A stretch of 64,000 nt of DNA from Octopus sinensis (Eukaryota), in the NCBI RefSeq assembly GCF_006345805.1, contig NC_043013.1, positions 6,572,001 through 6,636,000 on the forward strand. Direction: 5' to 3'. A program made the position numbers and the translations under genes. A model generated the notes under the pieces. The model was not told the DNA's origin. It ran no database searches and worked only from the letters and a program-made list of their open reading frames with translations. Of the stretch, positions 38,509 through 49,605 are shown in pieces. Every line of letters starts with the position of its first letter. Position 1 is the first letter of the stretch.

Positions 38509-38819
38509 TGTATCTATCTATGTATCTATCTATCTATCCATCAACCGTTCTATCTATATATTTATCTATCCATCTATCTATCTGTACATCTATCTATCTT
38601 TCCAGCTATCTACCTTTCCATCTATCCATCCATCCATCTATTTATTCATCTACCATCCATTTGTCTATTTATCCATCTAACTATCTATGCATCCATTCAT
38701 GTATCTATCTATCTGTCCATCTGTCAGTCTATCTATCAATCTATCCATCAATCTATTTATCTTACTATCTAACCATCAATCCAGCCATCCACCCCTCTAT
38801 CTGTCTATCTATCTATCTG

Positions 38820-38871
<52 letters not shown>

Positions 38872-39199
38872 ATCTATCTATCTATATATTTACTCCACCC
38901 ACTATTCCTGGGAGGCTTGTAGCGATAGACTCCACAAGCACCTCCTCCATTGGATCCTATCAGAAGAAATTTTTTAATTACACTTTCTGGCTAGTTTCCC
39001 AAATGTGGCCAACTGAAACCAATAGTTATTATCTATTTGTTCCTGGTTTTTCTTAGGTCTCCTGCTCGTTGGCATGGCTTGAAAAAATCGGTCTTGCGAT
39101 TCCTTCCTCAAACATCCTAATCACGTGCCAATAGTAGCGCAACTGTGACCTTTCAATGCGGAGTGGCTCGGCTCTTAAAACTTATAAATAAAAGTTTTG

Positions 39200-39432
39200 C
39201 CCATGTCTTTAAAATGAAACTGGATCTCTTCCTGTCAGGTGTCCCAGATGAACCAACTTCACGGCAGGAGGTGCAGATGAGGGCAGCTGCATCGAACTCT
39301 CTCATGCACCAAATGGCAGTGGCTAAAAAGCTTTCGTGAAGTAAAACCAAGTAGCAACACCAAATGGCGGTGCCCCAGCATGGCCACAGCGCATAAGCTG
39401 AAACTAGAATCAATCAATCAATCAATCAATCA
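39200..39432 (+). mobile_element. 3' end of a CR1/L2-group LINE with (ATCA)n tail
   Basis: VFKMKLDLFLSGVPDEPT..RAAASNSLMHQM; 3' UTR GGCGGTGCCCCAGCATGGCCACAGC..GCTGAAAC + (AATC)n. Confidence 0.75.
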
Positions 39433-39547
39433 ATACTTATACTTTTAAGAGATCAGAACCCCTACAAGAATTTTCTTCTCTCCGGCAGGTGTATCCACAA
39501 ATTCGACACTAATTACATTTACCTCGCCAGAATATGTAGCTAGTTAA

Positions 39548-40395
39548 CGGCGGTGAGCTGGCAGAAACGTTAGCACGCCGGGCGAAATGCGTAACCGTAC
39601 TTCGTCTGCCATTACGTTCTGAGTTCAAATTCCGCCGACGTCGACTTTGCCTTTCATCCTTTCTTGGTCGATAAATTAAGTACCAGTTACGCACTGGGGT
39701 CGATGTAATCGACTTAATCCGTTTGTCTGTCCTTCTTTGTCCCCTCTGTGTTTAGCCCCTTGTTGGTAATAAAGAAATAGGTATTTCGTCTGCCACTACG
39801 TTCTGAGTTCAAATTCCGCCGAGGTCGACTTTGCCTTTCATCCTTTCGAGGTCGATTAAATAAATACCAGTTACGCACTGGGTCGATATAATCGACTTAA
39901 TCCGTTTGTCTGTCCTTGTTTGTCCTCTCTGTGTTTAACCCCTTGTGGGTAGTAAAGAAATGGACATTTCGTCAGAGGTCAACTTTGCCTTTCATCCTTT
40001 TAGGGTCGATAAATTAAGTACTAGTTGAACACTAGGGTCGAAGTAATCGATTCATCCCACCCCAAACTGCCGCCCGCGTGGCAAAATTTGAAACCATTAT
40101 TATTATTAGTAGTAGTAGTAGTAGCAGTATCATCATTGTTATTATTACAATAATTATTAAGGCGGCGAACTAGCAGAATCGTCAGCGCCCCGGACAACAT
40201 GTTTAGCGGTATTTCGCCCGTCGCTCTGTTCTGAGTTTAAATTCCGCCGAGGTCGACTTTGCCTTTCTTCCTTTCGAAGTCGATAATATAAGTGCCATTT
40301 GAACACTGGGGCCGATGTAATCAACTCAGCCCCTCCCCGAAATTACTCACATGTGCCAAAATATGAAACTGTTATTATTATTATTATTGCTGTTG

Positions 40396-40430
<35 letters not shown>

Positions 40431-40645
40431 GTGTCGAGCTGGCAGAAATGTCATCACGCGAGGCAAAATGCTTGGCGGCATTTCGTCCGTCTTTACGTTC
40501 TGAGTTCAAATTCCGCCGAGGTCGCCTTTGCCTTTTAATCTCTGGGGGGCGATAAATATGTACTAGTTTCGCACTGGGAAACTTGTAATCGATTTATCAC
40601 CTCTTTTCCCGAAATTGCTGGTCTTGTGCCAAAATTTCAAAACCT
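39548..40645 (+). mobile_element. Cluster of family B SINEs with internal ~180-bp multimer
   Basis: Five co-oriented core copies (~39640, 39820, 39975, 40250, 40515). Confidence 0.85.
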
Positions 40646-41127
40646 TTGCTAAAGGTGATGAGTACTTCCCGGCCTCTTCTCAACAACTTTTAAGCCAAGA
40701 GCTGTTTACACTCAATTTCACTGTTCACTGAAAGAATATCAGTTGTCAAAATTGATGGGTTACTAATGAAGTATTTCAGCCTTTACCTTCCATTTTCTCA
40801 TCTTCTTGTCTCTTTGATCGAACTATTGCTCTTTTTACATCTTCCCTAACTCGGTCGCTATTTAAATCTCTCAGCCTCTCTCTATCTCTGTCTACGTACA
40901 TACACTAGTATACGAACAAACAAACATACATACATACATACATACATACATAAACGCGCACACACATATAGAGAGAGGGGGAGGGAGAGAGGGAGAAAGA
41001 AAGAGAGAGAGAGAGATTGAGACAGGCTGACAGCCAGTCAGACAGATATACACATATATCCATATGCATGCATATGCACTGAAAATACACACACACACAC
41101 ATGTATGTGTGCGTACATACATACATG

Positions 41128-41185
<58 letters not shown>

Positions 41186-41217
41186 ATAATATAGAGAGAG
41201 ACGAATGTATAAATAGG

Positions 41218-41263
<46 letters not shown>

Positions 41264-41266
41264 TAG

Positions 41267-41337
<71 letters not shown>

Positions 41338-42284
41338 AATGTTGATGCCTTTATATTCTAAATTAATACATCGTTTCTACCGAGCAATCAAATATTTAGT
41401 CTTTCTATCGCTCCTCTTGTTCTAAAAACCCTTTTTTCACTCGCTCTCTTGCTCTTTCTCTCAATCGCCCTTCTCTCTCTTCCCGCTCAATTCATTATTT
41501 CTCGAAAAATCTTTAAAACTCCGGCCCGGTCACTGACTTGTCGCTTTGATTTCTTCATTTCAAAATAGAAAATCGCCGATTAACAACGCATTATCTCTAC
41601 ATTTCTGACTACCCAATAAAATGCACCAAACTTATTTTTCCACCATCTTGTGAAACAGGTGAAGTGCATGATGGGATCGAGAACGATTTCTTTGACCTGG
41701 TTCCGTCGTTAACCCCCTTCACCATCCATAACGCAAAGTGTGAAGTGTTATATCGGATTAATAAAAAAGAAGAAAACAGCAACCGAAATAAACTATTTTC
41801 TATATAGCCCCACATCTCAATAAGCGCTAATCGAAGTGCATGATGGGATTGCAATCCGCTGACCTGGCGATATAGGTTCAAACGTTTGCTTAAACCGTGT
41901 GTCAGTTGAAGTACGTGATGTGATTGAGAAAAGATGATCTAGCAACGTATTGGAATAGGCACATTTTGCTAGTTGCAATGTAAGAAATGCATGATGAGAT
42001 TAGGGTAGGTTGACGTAGCATAAAAGCTACTGATTCACCGATTTTCAAGACGAGGAGTTTAATTAGTAATATCGGCATTTCAATTACTTTGATTGCTTCT
42101 TGAAAAGAATAGAACTGGCGTCCATAAGTATTAAACTTGAAACCGTCAAATTCGATTATTGACGTTATGAATTCTGCTAATATTACAGGAATCGAAACGA
42201 TTGAGAGAACATATATATATGCACACACACACACTCACACATGAACACACACACAAACACACACATATATGTATGTAGACACAC

Positions 42285-42329
<45 letters not shown>

Positions 42330-42344
42330 ATATTATATATTATA

Positions 42345-42395
<51 letters not shown>

Positions 42396-42434
42396 GTATA
42401 CATGCACATGTATATGTATATACATGTACACAAG

Positions 42435-42473
<39 letters not shown>

Positions 42474-42918
42474 TAATACTTACACCAACCCTATACATAC
42501 ACACGTCCAGACCCCGCATACGCACTTATACTCTCCACACACAAACACACATACCTATACATACCAATACGTACTAATACATACTAATACATACTAATAC
42601 ATACACCAACCCCATACATACGCACGTCCAGACCAATCTTACGCACTAATACTCTCTCATACACACACACACACACACACACACCCTTATACATACTAAT
42701 ACATACACCAACCCTATACATACACACATCCAGACCCCTCCCACGCACTTTAGCTGGTCCCTAACCTTTTATCAACCCTATTATCTCCCCTTATTTCGCT
42801 CTCGCGTCTCATGTTTGATCTTTGACCTCTGGCCGAAATCAGATCGCCATGTTGATTCGTTAGCTACTGCACACGCATTTTTTTCTCTCTTCTTTCTGTG
42901 TTTTTCTCTCTCTGTGTA

Positions 42919-42956
42919 TCTTTCTGTTGAAGAGCGTAGGCTCGAAACGTTAAAGA
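42919..42956 (+). ncRNA. Minimal hammerhead-like motif (core A6 position is T)
   Basis: TCTTT-CTGTTGA-A-GAGC-GTAG-GCTC-GAAAC-GTT-AAAGA; stems I and II perfect, loopless ACGT stem III. Confidence 0.62.
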
Positions 42957-43196
42957 CTTTTTTTATTTATATTTCCTGAGCGCCATACTAATACAATTGT
43001 TCGTTTGTTTTCCACCTGCCTTCGTCTTTTGTTTATTTTCATAAAGCTTCCGTTATATATATATATACATATGTATGTATGTATATATGATATATGTATA
43101 TGTGGTGTACAATGAAAGATATTGTGTTAACCATCCATCCATCCATCTATTTTACATTGTGTGTATGAATGTGTGTGCACGTGTGTGGATAACCAT

Positions 43197-43256
<60 letters not shown>

Positions 43257-43352
43257 TAAACATTTACACACACAACAACACTCATATATATATTGTATAT
43301 ATATGTATATATATATATATGCATATATAGATATACATACATGTGTGCATAT

Positions 43353-43409
<57 letters not shown>

Positions 43410-43547
43410 ATATATACCGACATCGGGAAATTAGAAGGAAAGATGAAATTTCTGCTCCAAGTGCTCAATGACTGTAATTCTTGTATCAAATATATTCTTC
43501 CTTCTCTCGCTTGCTTACACTAATCTACATCAATTTCTCGATACCGC

Positions 43548-43578
<31 letters not shown>

Positions 43579-43683
43579 TCTCTCTCCCTCTTTCTCTGTA
43601 TATGTTTGTGCGTTTATATATATATATAATATATATAGAGAGAGAGAGAGAGAGAGGTGGAGGAGGTTAGATAGATAAACAGT

Positions 43684-43714
<31 letters not shown>

Positions 43715-43972
43715 TTATATATATATATATATATATACATAACTGCCCGCATGTCTTTGTCTCTCTATGGTTCCATCTTTGAACGTGTCTATCAAGTAGT
43801 CTAATTTATCCTTAATTCTTTAACAGTTAGACTCAGCTTGTTCTTTAATCGGTTTGACTAATCTGTTCACTGTTAGGAATTATGTGCCAGCATCGAAGTG
43901 TTAACATATATATACATAACTTATATATATATATATATATAATATATATATATATATAATATATATACATAC

Positions 43973-44017
<45 letters not shown>

Positions 44018-44024
44018 TACATAC

Positions 44025-44059
<35 letters not shown>

Positions 44060-44312
44060 CTATATATATTATATATATATATATATACATAATTAATATA
44101 TAGGGTGGCAAGGAAAATTTTGTAGAATTTTATTGCCACCAGCGGCCCAGTAGGAAAAATTAAATAGTCATAGACCATTTTTAAGTTCAACATTAACAAT
44201 TAAGGAACGGCCATAATAGGCCATTCACCCACTAGAATAACAGCCAAAGCTTCTACCGCAAATAAAGATTAATTCCGTAAACAGGAGAAAATTAAAAAAA
44301 CATTTACCCTGT

Positions 44313-44420
44313 AATTTCTTGTACGGTATACCGTTTCATCCGCTGTTTAATGGTAAACTAACCTGATTAAATTAAATCAAGCCAATCTTCCATAAGTCCT
44401 CGGATTCTTCAGCAAGAAAT
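44313..44420 (-). ncRNA. Type I hammerhead ribozyme, intact copy
   Basis: Minus: ATTTCTTG-CTGAAGA-ATCCG..CGGAT-GAAA-CGGTATACCG-TA-CAAGAAAT; predicted cut between 44322 and 44321. Confidence 0.85.
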
Positions 44421-44797
44421 AGCTCAAGTCGGAACAGATATTACACGAGGCATACCCAATCATGCCAAGGCAATATCTGACCTAAAATTTTCAAATCGTC
44501 GCACTCGCGCAAATTTATCGGCAGCAAATAAATATCAGCCGTCGATTCATTACGGAATTAACCAAAAAATTCATAATAATCAATATAGGGTGGCAAGGAA
44601 AATTTTGTAGAATTTTATTGCCACCAGCGGCCCAGTAGGAAAAATTAAATAGTCATAGACCATTTTTAAGTTCAACATTAACAATTAAGGAACGGCCATA
44701 ATAGCCATTCACCCACTAGAAATAACAGCCAAAGCTTCTACCGCAAATAAAGATTAATTCCGTAAACAGGAGAAAATTAAAAAAACATTTACCCTGT

Positions 44798-44903
44798 AAT
44801 TTCTTGTACGGTATACCGTTCATCCGCTGTTTAATGGTAACTAACCTGATTAAATTAAATCAAGCCAATCTTCCATAAGCCCTCGGATTCTTCAGCAAGA
44901 AAT
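44798..44903 (-). ncRNA. Type I hammerhead ribozyme, copy lacking one A of GAAA
   Basis: Same fold, but reads GGAT-GAA-CGG; mutation or homopolymer sequencing error. Confidence 0.65.
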
Positions 44904-45301
44904 AGCTCAAGTCGGAACAGATATTTACACGAGGCATACCCAATCATGCCAAGGCAATATCTGACCTAAAATTTTCAAATCGTCGCACTCGCGCCAAATT
45001 TATCGGCAGCAAATAAATATCAGCCGTCGATTCCATTACGGAATTAACCAAAAAATTCATAATTAATCAATATAGGGTGGCAAGGAAAATTTTGTAGAAT
45101 TTTATTGCCACCAGCGGCCCAGTAGGAAAAATTAAATAGTCATAGACCATTTTTAAGTTCAACATTAACAATTAAGGAACGGCCATAATAGGCCATCACC
45201 CACTAGAAATAACAGCCAAAGATTCTACGCAAATAAAGATTAATCCGTAAACAGGAGAAAATTAAAAAAACATTTACCCTGTAAATTTTCCGACTTGAGC
45301 T

Positions 45302-45408
45302 ATTTCTTGCTGACGAATCTGAGGGCTTATGGAAGATTGGCTTGATTTAATTTAATCAGGTTAGTTTACCATTAAACAGCGGATGAAAAGGTATACCGTA
45401 CAAGAAAT
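45302..45408 (+). ncRNA. Type I hammerhead ribozyme, copy with CTGACGA core and a stem III mismatch
   Basis: CTGACGA 45310-16; ATCTG/CGGAT; GAAA 45385-88; AGGTATACCG-TA; predicted cut after 45400. Confidence 0.7.
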
Positions 45409-45791
45409 TACAGGGTAAATGTTTTTTTTAATTTTCTCCTGTTTACGGAATTAATCTTTATTTGCGGTAGAAGCTTTGGCTGTTATTTCTAGTGGGTGAA
45501 TGGCCTATTATGGCCGTTCCTTAATTGTTAATGTTGAACTTAAAAATGGTCTATGACTATTTAATTTTTTCCTACTGGGCCGCTGGTGGCAATAAAATTC
45601 TACAAAATTTTCCTTGCCACCCTATATTGATTAATTATGAATTTTTTGGTTAATTCCGTAATGGAATCGACGGCTGATATTTATTTGCTGCCGATAATTT
45701 GGCGCGAGTGCGACGATTTGAAAATTTTAGGTCAGATATTGCCTTGGCATGATGGGTATGCCTCGTGTAAATATCTGTTCCGACTTGAGCT

Positions 45792-45898
45792 ATTTCTTGC
45801 TGAAGAATCCGAGGGCTTATGGAAGATTGGCTTGATTTAATTTAATCAGGTTAGGTTACCATTAAACAGCGGATGAAACGGTATACCGTACAAGAAAT
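45792..45898 (+). ncRNA. Type I hammerhead ribozyme, intact copy
   Basis: ATTTCTTG-CTGAAGA(45800-06)-ATCCG..CGGAT-GAAA(45875-78)-CGGTATACCG-TA-CAAGAAAT; predicted cut after 45890. Confidence 0.87.
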
Positions 45899-46041
45899 TA
45901 CAGGGTAAATGTTTTTTTTAATTTTCTCCTGTTTACGGAATTAATCTTTATTTGCGGGGGAGAAGCTTTGGCTGTTATTTCTAGTGGGTGAATGGCCTAT
46001 TATGGCCGTTCCTTAATTGTTAATATATATATATATACATG

Positions 46042-46073
<32 letters not shown>

Positions 46074-46108
46074 TACACACAAATATATATGTATATATAT
46101 ACATATAT

Positions 46109-46161
<53 letters not shown>

Positions 46162-46404
46162 TATATATATATAAATGTATATACACACACATATATATTC
46201 AAATACAGAGTGCGAGGGGACAGAGAAAGAGAGTTAGAAAGGGAAACACACCAAAATGTTATACATATATATATATATATATATACACACATCTCCAATA
46301 TAATCAAACTATATAATTTTTCTAATGCGATGTAATGTATTTAATAAATATAATTATTATTATTATTAATAATAATGATGATGATGATGATGATGATGAT
46401 GGTA

Positions 46405-46461
<57 letters not shown>

Positions 46462-46899
46462 GACACTTAATTAGGGGCATTTAAATATTTAATGGGTGGC
46501 AATGGAATATGTAATTTAGTGGCAATATAATATTTAATTTGTAGCAATATATACAAAACAGACGAAAATTGATCCCCTTCAAAATCTGTTGACCCAGTCG
46601 TCTGATATACAATATGAGCAAAATAAAGAATATGATATGGTTATTTTATATTTTGTTAATAGGCTAAGCTTAAAATCTGTGTACTAACTACATTAGAGTA
46701 AACTTTTTTTTTTTCAAACCAAAGGGGTTGATAAAAAATACGCTCCTCTCAAGTCCTGGAGTTTGATTTAAGCCACGTTATTCCGCACTTAGAAACATCT
46801 GCGATCTTATGCGTAAGAATATATGATAATATTTCCTTTTTCTTTGACACTGTTTACTTGAAAGCAGACACTTTCCAAGGGTTTCGAATAAGACTATCT

Positions 46900-48860
46900 C
46901 CTGTGCTTCAAAGAGACAGGTCTTTCTTTAGGATACGAATTGTACTTAACAAACCTGCTGGCTGGATCACTTAAAGCCTGATAATAACACCAATATTCTC
47001 GATGTGCTTTCCAAACTTGTTAGGGACAGCACCCAACGTTCGAATCACGACCTGAATTATAGCCACTTTCCTCATACTCCAAAGCCTTCCTATCTCGTCC
47101 CTTAATTGCTGGTATTTCTCCATCATTTTTAGCTCTTTATCTTTCACCTTCGAATCACCTGCTATCTATGGTCTTAGCCTCTTTTTCAACTTTATCGATA
47201 AATACGATATCTGGCCGTCTCGACTCTATGACCTCGTCACATTGTATGGGCTCTATATTGTTCCTTTTCCAGTAATCCTTTGGCTTGTGCTCATACCATC
47301 GCTGCACTCTCTCAATAATTGTTTTATCACACAGCTGCCTGTGCAGATATCTGGCCATGTTGTCTTGTCTCCTTTTATTATTCGCGCAGTTCGTGCTTGC
47401 TGCACTCTCTGTCAATGTGGCTTACGCTTCCTCCCTTTCCAGAACACATTCTACATTGTGTGAGTCAGTGCTTTTTATCAAAATGCCACTTGGCATGATT
47501 CGTTCAGAGGTCCTGTTTATGGTTGAGTACAACAAACTAATGCCTCAGGGCAGTCTTTTGAGTCGCCCTTCTGCAGACATTGCAGGTCTTATTCCAGTCA
47601 ATCTCAACTCTAACCGTAAAGATCTAATTGTGCATTTTCTTGTCATACCAAGCTTCCTCCTATTTTCTTTTCTGGTCTGACTTAAACTGTCTTGGGTCTA
47701 CTGTGTCATTCACTTTAAGCTTCCCAACATTTGCATCTCTTCAAACATCTCAATGGCCCAGTGGTTAGGGCAGCGGACTCGCGGTCATAGGATCGCGGTT
47801 TCGATTCCCAGACCGGGCGTTGTGAGTGTTTATTGAACGAAAACACCTAAAAGCTCCACGAGGCTCCGGCAGGGGATGGTGGTGATTCCTGCTCTAGTCT
47901 TTGACAACAACTTTCTCTCACTCTTACTTCCTGTTTCTGTTGTACCTGTATTTCAAAGGGCCGGCCTTGTCACTCTCTGTGTCACGCTGAATATCCCCGA
48001 GAACTACGTTAAGGGTACACGTGTCGGTGGAGTGCTCAGCCACTTACACGTTAATTTCACGAGCAGGCTGTTCCGTTGATTCGGATCAACTGGAACCCTC
48101 GTCGTCGTAACCGACGGAGTGCTTCCACCACATTTAGTGCCCTTGACATATCATGCAAAGCTGTTCTCTTCTGTTACACAAGTCTCATAGTTCACTAATC
48201 TACTTTATTCCTCTTTACATAAAATCTTGCCACATCACTCCGAGGGCTTAGTTCCTTGTTCACTGCCATTAGTCTTTGACCAATTTCTTGTAATTCATCC
48301 TTCTTGCAAAATATAACTCATGTCCTATATTTCATCAAAGGGACAGCTCTAGTTTTTAATTGCTTTGATCATATTCCACCCATTTAGCTCGCCCTGTAGC
48401 ACAAACGGGTCCTCCTCAGATGCTCTTTTCTGAAAACTCTCATTTGTTTTACCTCATTTGTTTAATCACTTTCAATAATACCCAGGTATTTACACCATTC
48501 TTCTCCAACTTCTTTATAGTTTCATCTCCTTCCAGCTTGGTTCTTACTAACTCTTTCTCTTTTTAGTATCATTACTCTACACTTCTCGATCGCGAATTCC
48601 ATTCCAAAAACCTTGCTAATTACCTGAACGGTTGACATCAATCTACCAATTTCTCACTCATTTTTTTTAAGCTTTAGGTCATACATAAACGAGTTGTTTA
48701 TTTTCTCATTGCTAACAGTACACCCTACATGCATCTCTCTTAGAACATTCGATACAGATATCATGCAGATGATAAATAAGCTGGAAGATAGACTGTTCCC
48801 TTGGGAAATTCCTCTGTTAATATCTGCCTCTCCTAGAATTTCACCACACGCTTAGATAAC
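46900..48860 (-). mobile_element. Degraded R4/Dong-clade LINE (RT C-half + REL endonuclease), split by a SINE
   Basis: Minus frames: RGISQGNSLS (cf. RGIFQGDSLS), FMYDLKL (cf. FMDDLKL), KYLGII, RRQDNMARYLHRQLC, RRPDIVFIDK, LLSTIRILRK. Confidence 0.75.
47750..48130 (+). mobile_element. Family C tRNA-derived SINE
   Basis: CAATGGCCCAGTGGTTAGGGCAGCGGACTC..GGTTTCGATTCCC..CGTCGTCGTAACCGACGGAGTG. Confidence 0.88.
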
Positions 48861-48869
48861 CGTGGTGAT

Positions 48870-49522
48870 TGGCAATACACTGAAAAATTATCAGGAGCTT
48901 ACGAGTGCACGTACCAACCAGAAGAAGTCAGTTGGTTCGCAGCTCGAGACCTTGTGAAGCCAGTCCCTTCTTGGCTGATGTAGCTTCTATTGTTCAACCG
49001 GGTGTTCAATTAACCTACTCGAAGCGTGGTTAAAATGCAAAATCTGGGAAGAGGCAAGGAGTAGTGTAGCCAGTTTAGCAAGTATATCAGCTATGAGGAA
49101 GCTTTTCTTAAGCGGTAATGTACAGAGGCCTGACTACATAGGTGCGCATGCTCTTTCGCTTCTTGTGAACAGGACAGATTCTAGGGACAAAGAGATTCCA
49201 TCTGTAACTAACATCTATTCCAAGGGATTCCCAGACTCCATCACTAGGAATACGCTGGATAAAGATGAAGATGGCTTATTTATCACTGATATCTGATCAA
49301 CCATTACAAAACTAGCGATCAGGTATTCGTTCGAAATGCCATCCTACACATCTTTTCTGTGACCAAGCTGCAGACCTGGATCGTGTGGAGGCCGACGTTA
49401 GATATATGGTACCTGGAAGGTTGCTTGCTTTACCTCCTAGCTCCTTCAATGCTATATGGAAGTCCTCCGTATCATCTACCTACGTACTTATCTATCTACT
49501 TATGTATGCATGTATGTATGTA

Positions 49523-49559
<37 letters not shown>

Positions 49560-49565
49560 TATATA

Positions 49566-49605
<40 letters not shown>

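Larger units (their letters stand above)
44091..46022. mobile_element. Non-coding ~485-490-bp tandem repeat with one hammerhead per full unit (retrozyme-like), in two head-to-head arms
   Basis: TAGGGTGGCAAGG at 44101, 44586 and 45073; inversion junction at ~45285-45290; inverted units CGACTTGAGC at 45291 and 45781; (TA)n on both flanks. Confidence 0.9.

Noticed and set aside
45637-45840. 67-aa ORF inside the tandem unit
   Set aside because: No recognisable motif, it overlaps the ribozyme, and other units carry indels in this region.
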